A DNA stretch of 64,000 nucleotides from Turneriella sp. (lineage in GTDB: Bacteria > Spirochaetota > Leptospiria > Turneriellales > Turneriellaceae): contig CBDIID010000003.1 of assembly GCA_965279515.1 (NCBI GenBank), positions 4,128,001 through 4,192,000 on the forward strand, in the 5' to 3' direction. The notes under the pieces are model-generated. The model was given only the letters and a program-made list of their open reading frames with translations, had not been told where the DNA came from and did no database searches. Each line of letters begins with the position of its first letter. The first letter of the stretch is position 1. The position numbers were made by a program, and so were the translations under genes. This document shows, in pieces, positions 36,174 through 46,746 of the stretch.

Positions 36174-36971
36174 ATGAACCTCAAAGGCAAAACGGTCTGG
36201 ATTACGGGAGCAAGTTCCGGTATAGGTCGGGCGCTTTCGCTAGAGGCGGCACGGCTGGGTGCAAATCTTGTGCTTTCGGCGCGCAATACGGCTGAACTTA
36301 AAAAACTGCAGGCAGAGGCGAAGCTGACGGCGGCGACCTCACTGATTATCCCGCTCGATTTGAAGAAATATAAACAATTCGGTAAGGCAGTCGCGGCTGT
36401 TACAAAAAAATTTGGTGCGGTGGATATTCTCATCAATAACGGCGGCATCAGCCAGCGTTCGCTGGGGCATGAAACTAAAATCGAAGTCTATGAAGAAATC
36501 ATGGCCGTGAACTTTTTCGGCAATATTGCGCTGACGCTCGCCGTTTTACCGGCGATGCGTGCGCGCAAGTCGGGCACCATTGCCACGATTTCAAGCGTCG
36601 CCGGCAAGATCGGCACACCGCTGAGAACCGGTTATTCCGCCAGTAAATTTGCCAACAATGGGTTTTACGACGCGCTGCGCGCCGAAAATTATAAAGAAAA
36701 TATCCAGGTGACGATCGTCATGCCGGGTTTCGTGAAGACCAATGTTTCCAGGAATGCGCTCACTGCCGAAGGCAAAAAACAAGGCAAGAGTGACGGCGCC
36801 ATCGAAGCCGGCATCAGCGCCGAAGAATGTGCGCGTCGTGCCTGGTCGGCCATACTTGCTGGTAAGAATGAAATCTACATCGCCGGCCGTCGGGAAAGAT
36901 TCGCCATGTTTTTACAGAAATTTTTTCCAGGCCTTCTGGCAAAAATGATCCGTAAGGCAAAAGTAACCTAA
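36174..36971 (+). CDS. SDR family oxidoreductase
   Basis: TGASSGIG, NNGG, SS.AG and YSASK. Confidence 0.93.
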   Translation: MNLKGKTVWITGASSGIGRALSLEAARLGANLVLSARNTAELKKLQAEAKLTAATSLIIPLDLKKYKQFGKAVAAVTKKFGAVDILINNGGISQRSLGHETKIEVYEEIMAVNFFGNIALTLAVLPAMRARKSGTIATISSVAGKIGTPLRTGYSASKFANNGFYDALRAENYKENIQVTIVMPGFVKTNVSRNALTAEGKKQGKSDGAIEAGISAEECARRAWSAILAGKNEIYIAGRRERFAMFLQKFFPGLLAKMIRKAKVT

Positions 36972-36975
36972 GCCG

Positions 36976-37521
36976 ATGCGTCTCGCCATTCTCGCCGCTA
37001 CGCTGTTGCTTCTGATGCTCTCGGCGTGCCGGAAAAATGAGGCGTTTATCGACGAAGCGCGGCGGTTTGAGGCGCTCGAAGGCAGTGCGGCGTTTTCCCT
37101 CGATGCGACGCCCAAAGAAATCCAGAAGCTGATCGTCAATTTTTTCGCCCCGGATTGCCCTCCTTGCGAAAAAGAAATTCCGGCACTGAAAAAGTTTTTT
37201 GAAAAGTACCGCCAGGCAACCGACGTTGGTTTTGTTGCCATTGGTTCATCCCTGAAGGCTATTGAACAGAATCCTAAACCGGGCAAAGATCCGCCGCTGA
37301 CGGCAGAACAAATCAAGGCGGAAGTTTTCCAGTTTGGAAAAAAATTCGATCAGCCATACCCGCGCTACCTGGCAACCGCTGATGAACTCAGGGCCTGGCG
37401 GGTGACAGGGTTTCCTGAGACCTTTATCTTCATACGCGAAAAGGGAAAATTAGGGTTTCGCAAGAAGATCATCAGCGAAGTGACGCTCGAAGATCTCGAG
37501 CGGGAGCTTCAAGGGAAATAA
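36976..37521 (+). CDS. TlpA/redoxin-family lipoprotein
   Basis: Lipobox LSAC, VNFFAPDCPPC.KE.P and GFPETF. Confidence 0.85.
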   Translation: MRLAILAATLLLLMLSACRKNEAFIDEARRFEALEGSAAFSLDATPKEIQKLIVNFFAPDCPPCEKEIPALKKFFEKYRQATDVGFVAIGSSLKAIEQNPKPGKDPPLTAEQIKAEVFQFGKKFDQPYPRYLATADELRAWRVTGFPETFIFIREKGKLGFRKKIISEVTLEDLERELQGK

Positions 37522-37522
37522 C

Positions 37523-39523
37523 ATGGAAAACCCCGGACGGACAGAGCACTCGGGTCGGCACGCACGTGTAACGATAGCCGGCCTTCTTGTCTCGCTGGGG
37601 ATTATCTATGGCGATATCGGCACTTCGCCACTCTACGTGCTCTCCGCTGTCTGCAACGGCAAGGTTCTGACGCGCGATCTGATATATGGAGCCCTTTCCT
37701 GTGTGTTTTGGACTTTGGTGCTGGTAACCACGGTCAAATATGTGATCGTTACACTGCGCGCGGATAACAAGGGTGAGGGTGGTATTTTCTCCCTCTATAC
37801 ACTGGTGCGGAGAAGGGGGAAATGGCTGATTGTTCCCGCGATCCTTGGCGGCTGTGCCTTGCTTGCCGATGGTATGATTACGCCACCCATTTCCGTCTCT
37901 TCTGCAGTGGAAGGGCTCGAATATCTGATTCCGGGAATCCCTACGGTCAAGATCGTGCTCATTATTCTCACAGGCCTGTTCTTCGTGCAGCAGTTTGGGA
38001 CTAACGCCGTCGGCAAGGCTTTTGGCCCCATGATGCTCGTCTGGTTCGGTATGCTGGCCGTGTTGGGCTTTGCGCATATCCGGCACCATCCGGATGTTTT
38101 GCAGGCGCTCAATCCTTATCATGCCTACCATTTGCTCACCGAGTATCCTAAAGGCTTTTTTATTCTCGGTGCGGTGTTTCTCTGCACAACGGGTGCCGAA
38201 GCGCTCTATACCGATCTGGGGCATTGCGGCCGCGGTAATATCCGATTCACCTGGGCTTTTGTGCTCATCGCATTACTCCTCAATTATTTTGGACAGGGTG
38301 CTTTTCTGCTGGGGCACGAAGGTGAAACCGTTTCACTCGAAGGTAAGATGGCATCGGGACTGACTCCGTTTTATGCTTTGATGCCGCCGTGGTTTTTGCC
38401 ATTCGGCATCGTCGTTGCGACAACGGCAACCATCATCGCGTCACAAGCTCTCATTAGCGGCACCTACACACTGATTGCAGAGGCAATCCGCCTCAACCTC
38501 TGGCCTAAGGTGCGCGTTAAGTTTCCTTCTATGCTCAAGGGACAGATTTATGTGCCGAGCGCGAACCGCATTTTGTGGCTGGGGTGCTGTGGCGTAACAC
38601 TTTATTTCCAAAAGGCCGCCAACATGGAAGCGGCTTACGGGCTGGCGATTACGCTTAACATGATCGTCACTTCGCTCTTGCTTTCGGTTTGGCTGAGAAT
38701 GCACGGAACAAAGATACCGGTCGTCGTAGTGACGCTGGGCGGATTTCTTGCCATCGAGGCCTCATTCCTTGTCGCCAACCTTGATAAATTCTCTCATGGC
38801 GGTTATGTCTCGCTGGTTATGGGCCTCGGCTTCTTTACCGTCATCTGGTCCTGGTACGCTGCACGCAAAATACGTAACCGCTATGTCGAATTCGTGAGGC
38901 TCGAAGACTATTATGACACACTGCATAACCTGAGCCATGACACATCGATCGGTAAATATGCAACCAATCTCGTCTACATGACGAGCGCAAATAATAAATA
39001 TGAAATAGAATGGAAGGTTATCTATTCGCTGCTTTACAAACAACCCAAGCGGGCGGATATTTACTGGTTTGTCCACGTCGACGTCACCGACGAACCCTAT
39101 ACGCGTTCCTGTACCGTCGACGTGCTGGTGCCGAACGACGTGATCCGCGTCGATTTTAAGCTGGGTTTTCGCGTTGAGCCGCGCATTAACCAGTATTTCC
39201 GCAAGGTTGTTACAGAACTCGTCAACAAGGGTGTTGTCGATATCACGAGCCGTTATGCATCGCTGCATGAAAAGAATATCATCGGTGATTTTCGCTTTAT
39301 CGTGCTCGACCGGGTGCTGACTCACGATAATGAACTGAATTTTTATGAGAAGATCGTCACGTCGCTGCACTGGCTGTGGAAATCGCTGTGCCCAGGAGAA
39401 GAAAAGGCGTTCGGGCTCGACACCTCAATCGTTGAAGTGGAACGCGTACCTCTGATTGTGTCAAAGCCGCGGGAATTTAGCCTTGATATATCGCTCTCCT
39501 CGGGAGAAGCTGAGAAGCAGTGA
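37523..39523 (+). CDS. kup: KUP/HAK/KT potassium transporter, copy 1
   Basis: [44 protein letters not shown] and AAYG.A. Confidence 0.96.
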   Translation: MENPGRTEHSGRHARVTIAGLLVSLGIIYGDIGTSPLYVLSAVCNGKVLTRDLIYGALSCVFWTLVLVTTVKYVIVTLRADNKGEGGIFSLYTLVRRRGKWLIVPAILGGCALLADGMITPPISVSSAVEGLEYLIPGIPTVKIVLIILTGLFFVQQFGTNAVGKAFGPMMLVWFGMLAVLGFAHIRHHPDVLQALNPYHAYHLLTEYPKGFFILGAVFLCTTGAEALYTDLGHCGRGNIRFTWAFVLIALLLNYFGQGAFLLGHEGETVSLEGKMASGLTPFYALMPPWFLPFGIVVATTATIIASQALISGTYTLIAEAIRLNLWPKVRVKFPSMLKGQIYVPSANRILWLGCCGVTLYFQKAANMEAAYGLAITLNMIVTSLLLSVWLRMHGTKIPVVVVTLGGFLAIEASFLVANLDKFSHGGYVSLVMGLGFFTVIWSWYAARKIRNRYVEFVRLEDYYDTLHNLSHDTSIGKYATNLVYMTSANNKYEIEWKVIYSLLYKQPKRADIYWFVHVDVTDEPYTRSCTVDVLVPNDVIRVDFKLGFRVEPRINQYFRKVVTELVNKGVVDITSRYASLHEKNIIGDFRFIVLDRVLTHDNELNFYEKIVTSLHWLWKSLCPGEEKAFGLDTSIVEVERVPLIVSKPREFSLDISLSSGEAEKQ

Positions 39524-41478
39524 AACCAGAGGGGGTGCACGGAAAAATTTCCGCCGCCGGGCTGATCGTCGCGCTGGGGATTATTTACGGCGATATTGGC
39601 ACCTCGCCACTCTATGTGTTTTCGGCGATTGCCGGGCAACGTATCATTACCGAAGAACTTGTTCTCGGCGGGTTATCCTGCATTTTCTGGACGCTGACGC
39701 TCATCACGAGTATTAAATATGTCACAGTAACGCTCAGGGCGGATAACCACGGCGAGGGCGGTATTTTCTCGCTCTATACCCTGGTTCGTCGCCGCAGCCG
39801 CTGGCTGATTATTCCCGCCGTGATCGGTGGCTGTGCTCTTCTTGCAGATGGTATGATCACGCCGCCGATTTCGGTGTCGTCCGCTGTCGAGGGGCTAGAG
39901 GCCCTGATTCCGGGCATACCGACCGTCAAGATCGTGGTCGCGATTCTCACGGCGCTCTTTATCTTTCAGCAGTTTGGTACGAATATCGTCGGCCGTTGGT
40001 TTGGCCCGATTATGCTTGTGTGGTTTTTTATGATCGCCGTGTTTGGATTTGCACATCTTGTGAAAAATCCGGCGGTAATCAAGGCGGTCAACCCCTGGTA
40101 TGCTTATAACCTGCTCGTTAATTATCCCAAGGGATTCTGGCTTTTGGGTGCTGTGTTCCTCTGCACTACGGGTGCCGAGGCTCTTTACACAGATCTCGGG
40201 CATTGTGGCATTAAGAATATCCGTTCGAGCTGGAGTTTTGTAAAACTGACATTGCTCCTGAACTATTTCGGGCAGGCAGCGTTTCTCCTGACTATCACTG
40301 GCCAAACCCTCGACGCCAATGGACGTACAGCTGCCGGGCTCACGCCGTTCTATTCGCTAATGCCGGCCTGGTTCTTGCCGGTCGGCATTTTTATCGCGAC
40401 GATAGCAACGGTCATCGCGTCTCAGGCAATTATCAGCGGTACCTTCACGCTCATCGCAGAAGCTATCCGCTTGAATCTTTGGCCGAAAGTGCGCATTAAA
40501 TACCCATCGAATCTGAAGGGGCAGATCTACGTGCCCAGCGCAAATCGTGTGCTCTGGGTCGGGTGTATGATGGTCATGGTTTGGTTTGGCCGCGCATCGA
40601 ACATGGAAGCCGCTTATGGGCTCGCCATTACCTTTAACATGATGATGACCACGACACTTTTGCTTGTTTATATGCACAACCAGGTACGCCGCGTTTGGTC
40701 CCCTTGGCTTGGGTTTGTTATTTTTATCTCTGTCGAATTGGCATTTCTTGTTGCGAATCTGGAAAAATTTTCCCATGGCGGATGGGTGACCCTCGTCATC
40801 GGTGTCGGGCTTTTTCTCGTCATGTGGTCCTGGTATGCTGCCCGTAAGATTCGGAACAGGTTGGTAGAATTCGTGCGCTTATCGGATTATTTTGATATTC
40901 TGCATGAACTAAGCCATGATACCTCAGTTCCTAAATACGCCACAAATCTCGTTTATCTGACGAGTGCAAATAATTCCGGAGAAATTGAATGGAAAGTCAT
41001 ATATTCTCTGTTTTATAAGCAGCCGAAACGAGCCGATGTGTACTGGCTTGTTCATGTCGACGTCACCGACGAACCCTATACTATGGCCTACAAGGTCGAC
41101 GTGCTGGTGCCGAACGATGTTATCCGCATAGATTTTAAACTCGGGTTTCGGATTGAACCACGCATCAACCAGTTTTTCCGTAAGGCCGTTTCGGCTTTAG
41201 TGGAAGAAGGGATAGTCGATATAACCAGCCGCTATGCTTCGTTAAATCAGAAAAATATCCTTGGCGATTTCAGGTTTATCATATTCGACAGGGTCTTGAG
41301 TCATGACAATGAACTGAATATCTACGAACGCATCGTGACACGTCTTTATAAAATTCTCAAATTTGTCAGCCCGACCGAAGAGAAAGCCTTTGGCCTCGAT
41401 ACGTCTATTGTAGAGATAGAACGAGTGCCGCTGATCGTCTCGAAGCCGCGCGAATTCCAGCTGGAGCGCCTACCGTAA
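39520..41478 (+). CDS. kup: KUP/HAK/KT potassium transporter, copy 2
   Basis: Same motifs as copy 1; GTGA start/stop overlap. Confidence 0.96.
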   Translation: MKPEGVHGKISAAGLIVALGIIYGDIGTSPLYVFSAIAGQRIITEELVLGGLSCIFWTLTLITSIKYVTVTLRADNHGEGGIFSLYTLVRRRSRWLIIPAVIGGCALLADGMITPPISVSSAVEGLEALIPGIPTVKIVVAILTALFIFQQFGTNIVGRWFGPIMLVWFFMIAVFGFAHLVKNPAVIKAVNPWYAYNLLVNYPKGFWLLGAVFLCTTGAEALYTDLGHCGIKNIRSSWSFVKLTLLLNYFGQAAFLLTITGQTLDANGRTAAGLTPFYSLMPAWFLPVGIFIATIATVIASQAIISGTFTLIAEAIRLNLWPKVRIKYPSNLKGQIYVPSANRVLWVGCMMVMVWFGRASNMEAAYGLAITFNMMMTTTLLLVYMHNQVRRVWSPWLGFVIFISVELAFLVANLEKFSHGGWVTLVIGVGLFLVMWSWYAARKIRNRLVEFVRLSDYFDILHELSHDTSVPKYATNLVYLTSANNSGEIEWKVIYSLFYKQPKRADVYWLVHVDVTDEPYTMAYKVDVLVPNDVIRIDFKLGFRIEPRINQFFRKAVSALVEEGIVDITSRYASLNQKNILGDFRFIIFDRVLSHDNELNIYERIVTRLYKILKFVSPTEEKAFGLDTSIVEIERVPLIVSKPREFQLERLP

Positions 41479-43121
41479 TGCCCGTTTTTGAATCCAAAAT
41501 AGCCCCTCAAAGCGCCGATTTCAAACTCAATAGCGAAGCGTATGGCGCGCACCTGCAGAAATTCCGCGATGCACTGCAGCGTATTGCTCCCACGAACCGC
41601 GCGGCGGCAGTCAAGCGCCACACCGAACGGGGCAAACTCTTTGCCCGCGACCGTATTTTCGGGATTCTCGATGCCGGTTCGCCGTTTCTCGAACTCGGTG
41701 CTTTTGCGGGTTTTGATCTCTATGCGGGTGAGGATATTCCCGGTGCGGGCGCCATCGCTGGCATTGGCTTCGTGCATGGTCGCCTGGTGGCGGTTTTGGC
41801 GAACGATGCAACCGTCAAGGGCGGTACATATTATCCCATTACCGTGAAGAAACATTTGCGCTTCCAGGAATTCGCCGCCCTCAACGGCCTGCCGTGCATC
41901 TACCTTGTCGATAGCGGCGGCGCCTTTCTGCCGATGCAGGACGAGGTTTTCCCGGATCGCGACCATTTCGGCCGCATCTTCTATAACCAGGCACGCATGT
42001 CGGCCGCCGGTATTCCGCAGCTGGCGCTGGTCATGGGCTCGTGTACTGCGGGCGGTGCTTACGTGCCCGCGATGTGCGATGAGACGATTATCGTTGAAAA
42101 GCATGGTACGATTTTTCTCGCGGGGCCACCCCTCGTCAAAATGGCGACGGGTGAAGAGGTGAGCGCTGAAGATCTCGGCGGTGCGCGTCTCCATACCCAG
42201 AAGTCTGGTGTTGCCGATCACTACGCGCTCGACGATCTCGACGCGCTGGAAAAGGCCCGCCGGATCATCGAGACCTTGCCGCCGGTACGTGAAAATACTC
42301 TCGCCAGCTCGCGCAAGACCGGGTATGCAGAGCCGCTTTTTTCGCCGGAAGAAATCCCCGGTATCATGCCTGCAGATACCAAGAAGCCGTTCGATGTACG
42401 CGAGATCATCGCGCGTATCGTCGACGGCAGCGAGTTTTATGAATTTAAGGGCGACTATGGTAAGACGCTGGTTTGTGCCTTTGCCGAGATCGGCGGTTTT
42501 CGTGTCGGCATTCTCGCCAATAACGGTGTGCTGTTTTCGGAGTCGGCGCTGAAAGGCACGCATTTTATCGAGCTGTGCTGCCAGAGGGAAATCCCCCTGA
42601 TCTTTTTACAGAACATCACGGGCTTCATGGTCGGCAAAAAATACGAAGAGGGTGGTATCGCGAAAGACGGCGCCAAGATGGTGAGCGCGGTTTCGAACGC
42701 GAATGTGCCGAAGTTCACTGTGATCATTGCGGGTTCGTATGGCGCCGGCAATTACGGCATGTGCGGGCGCGCGTATTCGCCCGACCTCTTGTTCATGTGG
42801 CCCAATGCGCGCATTTCCGTGATGGGCGGCGAGCAGGCGGCGGGTGTGCTCAATATTGTGCGTGAGCAGGCTGCGGCGGCGCAGGCAAAAAAAACCGGTA
42901 AACCCGTAGATGCTGCTGCGCTGACAAAAGAAACCGCTGAGACTAAGGAGCGCATCACGGCGCAGTTTGAAAAACAATCGGGCGCATTGTATTCATCGGC
43001 AAGGCTGTGGGATGACGGTATTATCGACCCGCGCGACACGCGCCAGGTGTTGCTGATGGGACTCACGGCGGCGTCGGCGCGCCCGCTGGAAAAATTCCGG
43101 CAGCCCGTTTATCGCATGTAA
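41478..43121 (+). CDS. Acyl-CoA carboxylase carboxyltransferase (methylcrotonyl-CoA carboxylase beta-like)
   Basis: [48 protein letters not shown] and [10 protein letters not shown]. Confidence 0.92.
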   Translation: MPVFESKIAPQSADFKLNSEAYGAHLQKFRDALQRIAPTNRAAAVKRHTERGKLFARDRIFGILDAGSPFLELGAFAGFDLYAGEDIPGAGAIAGIGFVHGRLVAVLANDATVKGGTYYPITVKKHLRFQEFAALNGLPCIYLVDSGGAFLPMQDEVFPDRDHFGRIFYNQARMSAAGIPQLALVMGSCTAGGAYVPAMCDETIIVEKHGTIFLAGPPLVKMATGEEVSAEDLGGARLHTQKSGVADHYALDDLDALEKARRIIETLPPVRENTLASSRKTGYAEPLFSPEEIPGIMPADTKKPFDVREIIARIVDGSEFYEFKGDYGKTLVCAFAEIGGFRVGILANNGVLFSESALKGTHFIELCCQREIPLIFLQNITGFMVGKKYEEGGIAKDGAKMVSAVSNANVPKFTVIIAGSYGAGNYGMCGRAYSPDLLFMWPNARISVMGGEQAAGVLNIVREQAAAAQAKKTGKPVDAAALTKETAETKERITAQFEKQSGALYSSARLWDDGIIDPRDTRQVLLMGLTAASARPLEKFRQPVYRM

Positions 43122-43128
43122 GGACATT

Positions 43129-43878
43129 ATGATCACTACCAGTTTCGAAAATTCTGTTTATAGTATCACGCTCAATCGCCCCGAAAAACATAATGCCTTC
43201 GACGCCGAAATGATCAAGGCTGTCACGATGGCGGTCCAGGATATTCCCGCTGAAGCGCGGCTCGTGCTCTTTAGCGGCAACGGCAAGTCGTTTTGTGCGG
43301 GTGCCGATGTCTCTTACATGCGCCTGCAGGCAACATTTTCAGAAGAGCAGAACCGCGAGGACGCAAAAAAACTATCGCAGATGTTTGAAGCCATCTATGC
43401 ACTGCTGGTGCCGACGGTCGTCTACGCGCATGGCAATATTTTCGGCGGTGGCCTGGGTATTCTGGCCGCCTGCGATATTGCAATCGCCAGTGACGATGCG
43501 AAATTCTGTTTTTCCGAGGTTAAGCTGGGGATTATCCCCGCAGTCATTTCACCTTTTGTTTTAAGAAAAACCGGGGTGGGCTTTGCGCGGCGTTATTTCC
43601 AGTCGGGTGAAGTCTTTTCAGCGCAGGTCGCAGAGGCGGCGGGTCTCATCTCGCAGCGGATCAGCGGCTCGCAGTCGGCGGGTGTACTTGCCAACCTGCT
43701 CGCGGCGCTGACGGGTGCCGGCCGTGATGCGCAAAAAAGCGCCAAGAGACTTTTACGTTCTTATGAAAATTTTGAACCGATGAGCCGCGACCAGCTGATC
43801 CACGAACTGGCTAAACTGCGGTCGAGCGAAGATGCTCAGACGCGCATGAAAGATTTTCTCGATAAGGCAAAGAAATAA
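43129..43878 (+). CDS. Enoyl-CoA hydratase family (methylglutaconyl-CoA hydratase-like)
   Basis: LNRPEKHNAF, FCAGAD, GGG.G and FSEVKLGIIPAVISP. Confidence 0.88.
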   Translation: MITTSFENSVYSITLNRPEKHNAFDAEMIKAVTMAVQDIPAEARLVLFSGNGKSFCAGADVSYMRLQATFSEEQNREDAKKLSQMFEAIYALLVPTVVYAHGNIFGGGLGILAACDIAIASDDAKFCFSEVKLGIIPAVISPFVLRKTGVGFARRYFQSGEVFSAQVAEAAGLISQRISGSQSAGVLANLLAALTGAGRDAQKSAKRLLRSYENFEPMSRDQLIHELAKLRSSEDAQTRMKDFLDKAKK

Positions 43879-43914
43879 CGCCCCCTCCGTCTGGGGGAGG
43901 GGGATAGGGGCGTT
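43877..43914. terminator. Stem-loop between convergent genes, derived from the C/G-rich REP-like family; possible bidirectional terminator
   Basis: aacgcccc...ggggcgtt arms; shares ctcccccagac and ggagggggcg (minus strand) with the tilS element. Confidence 0.5.
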
Positions 43915-44838
43915 TTACGCGGGCAGTTGAAATAAACCTTCGATCGACAGGTAACGCTCGCCGGTGTCGTAGTTAAAGGTCAGCACGCGCGAACCCTTTT
44001 TGAGTTCGGGAAGTTTTTTCGCAACGGCAGCGAGTGAGGCACCGGAGGAAACTCCCACAAAGAGCGCCTCTTCTTTAGCGGCGCGTTTGGCGTATTCAAA
44101 TGCCTCTTCTTTCGTGACCTGTATCACACCGGTTAAGAGTTCTTTTTTCAGGTTCTTCGGAATAAACCCGGCGCCGATGCCCTGAATCGGGTGCGGGCCC
44201 GGCGCGCCGCCGGAAATCACGGGAGATGCCGAAGGCTCAACCGCGAAGACCTGCAGGTTCGGCCATTTCTGGCGCAGCACTTCGGTGACTCCCGTTAAAT
44301 GCCCGCCCGTGCCGACGCCGGTGATGAGTACGTCGATGCCTTCGGGGAAATCGCGCAGAATTTCCTGTGCGGTTGTCTTACGGTGTACTTCAATATTGGC
44401 TTCGTTTTCAAACTGTTGCGGCATCCACGAGTTGGGTGTTGCAGCCACAAGTTCGGTGGCCTTCTCGATCGCGCCCTTCATGCCTTTTTCGCGCGGCGTC
44501 AGTTCAAAACTGGCGCCGTAAGCAGCCATAATGGCCCGGCGCTCAACCGACATACTCTCAGGCATGACCAGAGTCAGTTTGTAGCCTTTTGCGGCCGCAA
44601 CCATCGCCAGACCGATACCGGTGTTACCCGATGTCGGTTCAATGATGATGCTGCCGGCCTTGAGGATGCCCTTGCGTTCGGCGTCTTCAATCATCGAAAG
44701 TGCGATGCGGTCTTTGATGCTGGCGCCGGGGTTCTGGCGCTCGAGCTTCACCCAGACTTCGTAGTCTGCGCTGTAGAGCTTGTTGATCAGGAGATGGGGG
44801 GTATTGCCGATAGCCTCGGTCATGCTTTTATATTTCAT
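43915..44838 (-). CDS. cysK: Cysteine synthase A
   Basis: [39 protein letters not shown] and DTGERYLS. Confidence 0.96.
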   Translation of the reverse strand: MKYKSMTEAIGNTPHLLINKLYSADYEVWVKLERQNPGASIKDRIALSMIEDAERKGILKAGSIIIEPTSGNTGIGLAMVAAAKGYKLTLVMPESMSVERRAIMAAYGASFELTPREKGMKGAIEKATELVAATPNSWMPQQFENEANIEVHRKTTAQEILRDFPEGIDVLITGVGTGGHLTGVTEVLRQKWPNLQVFAVEPSASPVISGGAPGPHPIQGIGAGFIPKNLKKELLTGVIQVTKEEAFEYAKRAAKEEALFVGVSSGASLAAVAKKLPELKKGSRVLTFNYDTGERYLSIEGLFQLPA

Positions 44839-44961
44839 GCGCCTGAAATGGGCTGCGGACACGCTACGGCAACACTTAAAGGCCGGTCGCGCAGCAAAAA
44901 AGTTAACGGGAATATGCTTTATGATTTACGCGTGTTCACGCCCGGGCTAACGGTATTCAGG

Positions 44962-45501
44962 ATGGCTTTCAACCGGGGACTCAAAGTTTTTATTCCGGTA
45001 TTTATCCTCATCGCTGGCGCGGGATGCCGGCTCGAGCGCCGCGAAGATTTTGATTTTTCGACGGATGTGCCGCTGCGCTGCGGTATTTTCAAGTCATACT
45101 ATTTTGTCCGTGAAGTGAAAGAAGAGATTTACCCCGATCTGGGCCTGGTTTTTATCAATCGTAAGCGCCTTGCGCTCGAGCCAGACCAGCAAAACAGCCT
45201 GGAGGTTGCCGCACGCGCCTGTACGGAACTCTGCGAAGTGAAAAAAGATCAGCTGCGTATGATGCAAGAGGCGATCAAGGCAAAGCTGGCCCTCAACGAA
45301 ATCAAGGGCGATCTGCGTCTTTTGGCGAAAGAGGTGCGTGAATTCGAAGCTGCCAAAGCCGAATGGCTGGCGGAGCATACGGCCCGCTATCACAAGGGTC
45401 TCGAAATATTAACGGAAGCGCAGCGAGCGCATTGGGTTATCGCCGAACGGTCTTTGAAAGCGTTGCCGCCGGGCGGTGCGAAGAGCGCGGAAAAGCGCTG
45501 A
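44962..45501 (+). CDS. Lipoprotein with Spy/CpxP-like helical domain
   Basis: True start probably ATG 44962. Signal peptide ends AGAGC; LALEPDQQ and ILTEAQR motifs. Confidence 0.55.
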   Translation: MAFNRGLKVFIPVFILIAGAGCRLERREDFDFSTDVPLRCGIFKSYYFVREVKEEIYPDLGLVFINRKRLALEPDQQNSLEVAARACTELCEVKKDQLRMMQEAIKAKLALNEIKGDLRLLAKEVREFEAAKAEWLAEHTARYHKGLEILTEAQRAHWVIAERSLKALPPGGAKSAEKR

Positions 45502-45507
45502 GCTGTT

Positions 45508-46746
45508 ATGTTCTGGCAGCGGATCCGGGAGTTACCTTGGTGGGCGATCAGTTTATCGCTCGGCGTCAACATCGTGTCGCTTGGCGGCGCGATTATCTGT
45601 ATCTCTGTTTTCCGCGAGCGGATTCCCCTGATCGTCGTCGGATTTTTGTTTGTGCACATTTTCATCTCGCAGCCGCTCAAAGACTGGATCATTGCGCGCA
45701 TGGGTTTAAGCGCGCGCTACTCGGGCCAGACCACGTTTCTCAGCTTTGAGAACCGTACGCAGCGCATCATGCACGTGCGCGATATTCTCGATTTTTTGAG
45801 CTGGCTGATACGCGCGTGGAAGCTGACACGTGTGCGGATTGTCATCTTCGATGAAGAGGACTTCGTGTATTTCCTCACGCGCGATAAACGTGCGCGTAAG
45901 ATGAAGCTGCGCGACGATATTACCGATGAATTCAGGCGTGAGCTGGCGCTTTATCCCGGCGGCCATGCGGTGAGTTCGCTGTCGCCGCCGCTCAAGGCCT
46001 ATATGCAGGCGCGCAAGGTAAAATTTGTCGTACCCCTCTTATTCCGTGAGCGCCTGATCGGCATTCTGGGTTTCACCGAACTCATCGACAAGGCCCGCCA
46101 GCCGTTTGTCGACCACGCCGCGCACCGCATTAGCCTCGCGATCGAAAACGACCAGCTGGAGCGTACTGTTCCGCGCAGCGAATTTCTGAAAAAGGAGTTT
46201 CGCCTTGCCGAGCGCATCGAGCGGCACCTCAGTGGGGCATCCACCTACCGTGCCGGCGCCTACACGATACAAAAACTCGATACCGCCTGGGAGAAAAAAC
46301 ATTTTGCCGCGATCTTTGGCTGCACCGAGGGTGACGGCGTCTTTTTCGTGATGCTCTTGCGCCTCAGCCATGCCTCGACACGTTCGAATGCGCTGCAGCT
46401 GTTTTCCACGCAGGGGTATTTTTATGCGCTTTGCCGCGGCCAAAGCGACATCACGGCCCTGGGCCGGTCGTTGCACCAGAGCCTCGTCAGCAATGAGAGC
46501 CAGCCGCTTTTCCTCGAAGGTTTTCTCGTCGCCTTGCCGCCCGCGCATAAGCCCGTGGGAATTTTAGCGTTTGGCAGCCACCTCGCCTACCGCGGCCTCG
46601 GCGGCTGGACCTGGATTAAAGAGAGCGTGCCGCTGGGCGCAGAGGCGTTTAACCCTGCTGATGCTCTCGAGCTGCCGTCGCAAAAGGAGCTTATCCTCAG
46701 CATGCGTGAATATCCGCTGCTGCTCATCAGTGGAGGCGCCGCGTGA
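45508..46746 (+). CDS. Membrane protein with GAF-like and degenerate PP2C/SpoIIE-like domains
   Basis: Two TM helices, VVPLLFRERLIGIL...LAIEN (GAF), KKEFRLAERIE coil, and a C-terminal domain lacking PP2C Asp motifs. Confidence 0.6.
   Translation: MFWQRIRELPWWAISLSLGVNIVSLGGAIICISVFRERIPLIVVGFLFVHIFISQPLKDWIIARMGLSARYSGQTTFLSFENRTQRIMHVRDILDFLSWLIRAWKLTRVRIVIFDEEDFVYFLTRDKRARKMKLRDDITDEFRRELALYPGGHAVSSLSPPLKAYMQARKVKFVVPLLFRERLIGILGFTELIDKARQPFVDHAAHRISLAIENDQLERTVPRSEFLKKEFRLAERIERHLSGASTYRAGAYTIQKLDTAWEKKHFAAIFGCTEGDGVFFVMLLRLSHASTRSNALQLFSTQGYFYALCRGQSDITALGRSLHQSLVSNESQPLFLEGFLVALPPAHKPVGILAFGSHLAYRGLGGWTWIKESVPLGAEAFNPADALELPSQKELILSMREYPLLLISGGAA

Noticed and set aside
41346..42563. 405-aa minus-strand ORF
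   Set aside because: Antisense shadow of the carboxyltransferase, a common effect of GC-rich codon bias; no motifs.
44299..44961. N-terminal 221 aa of the 400-aa + strand ORF
   Set aside because: Antisense shadow of cysK. A signal peptide and lipobox begin at ATG 44962.
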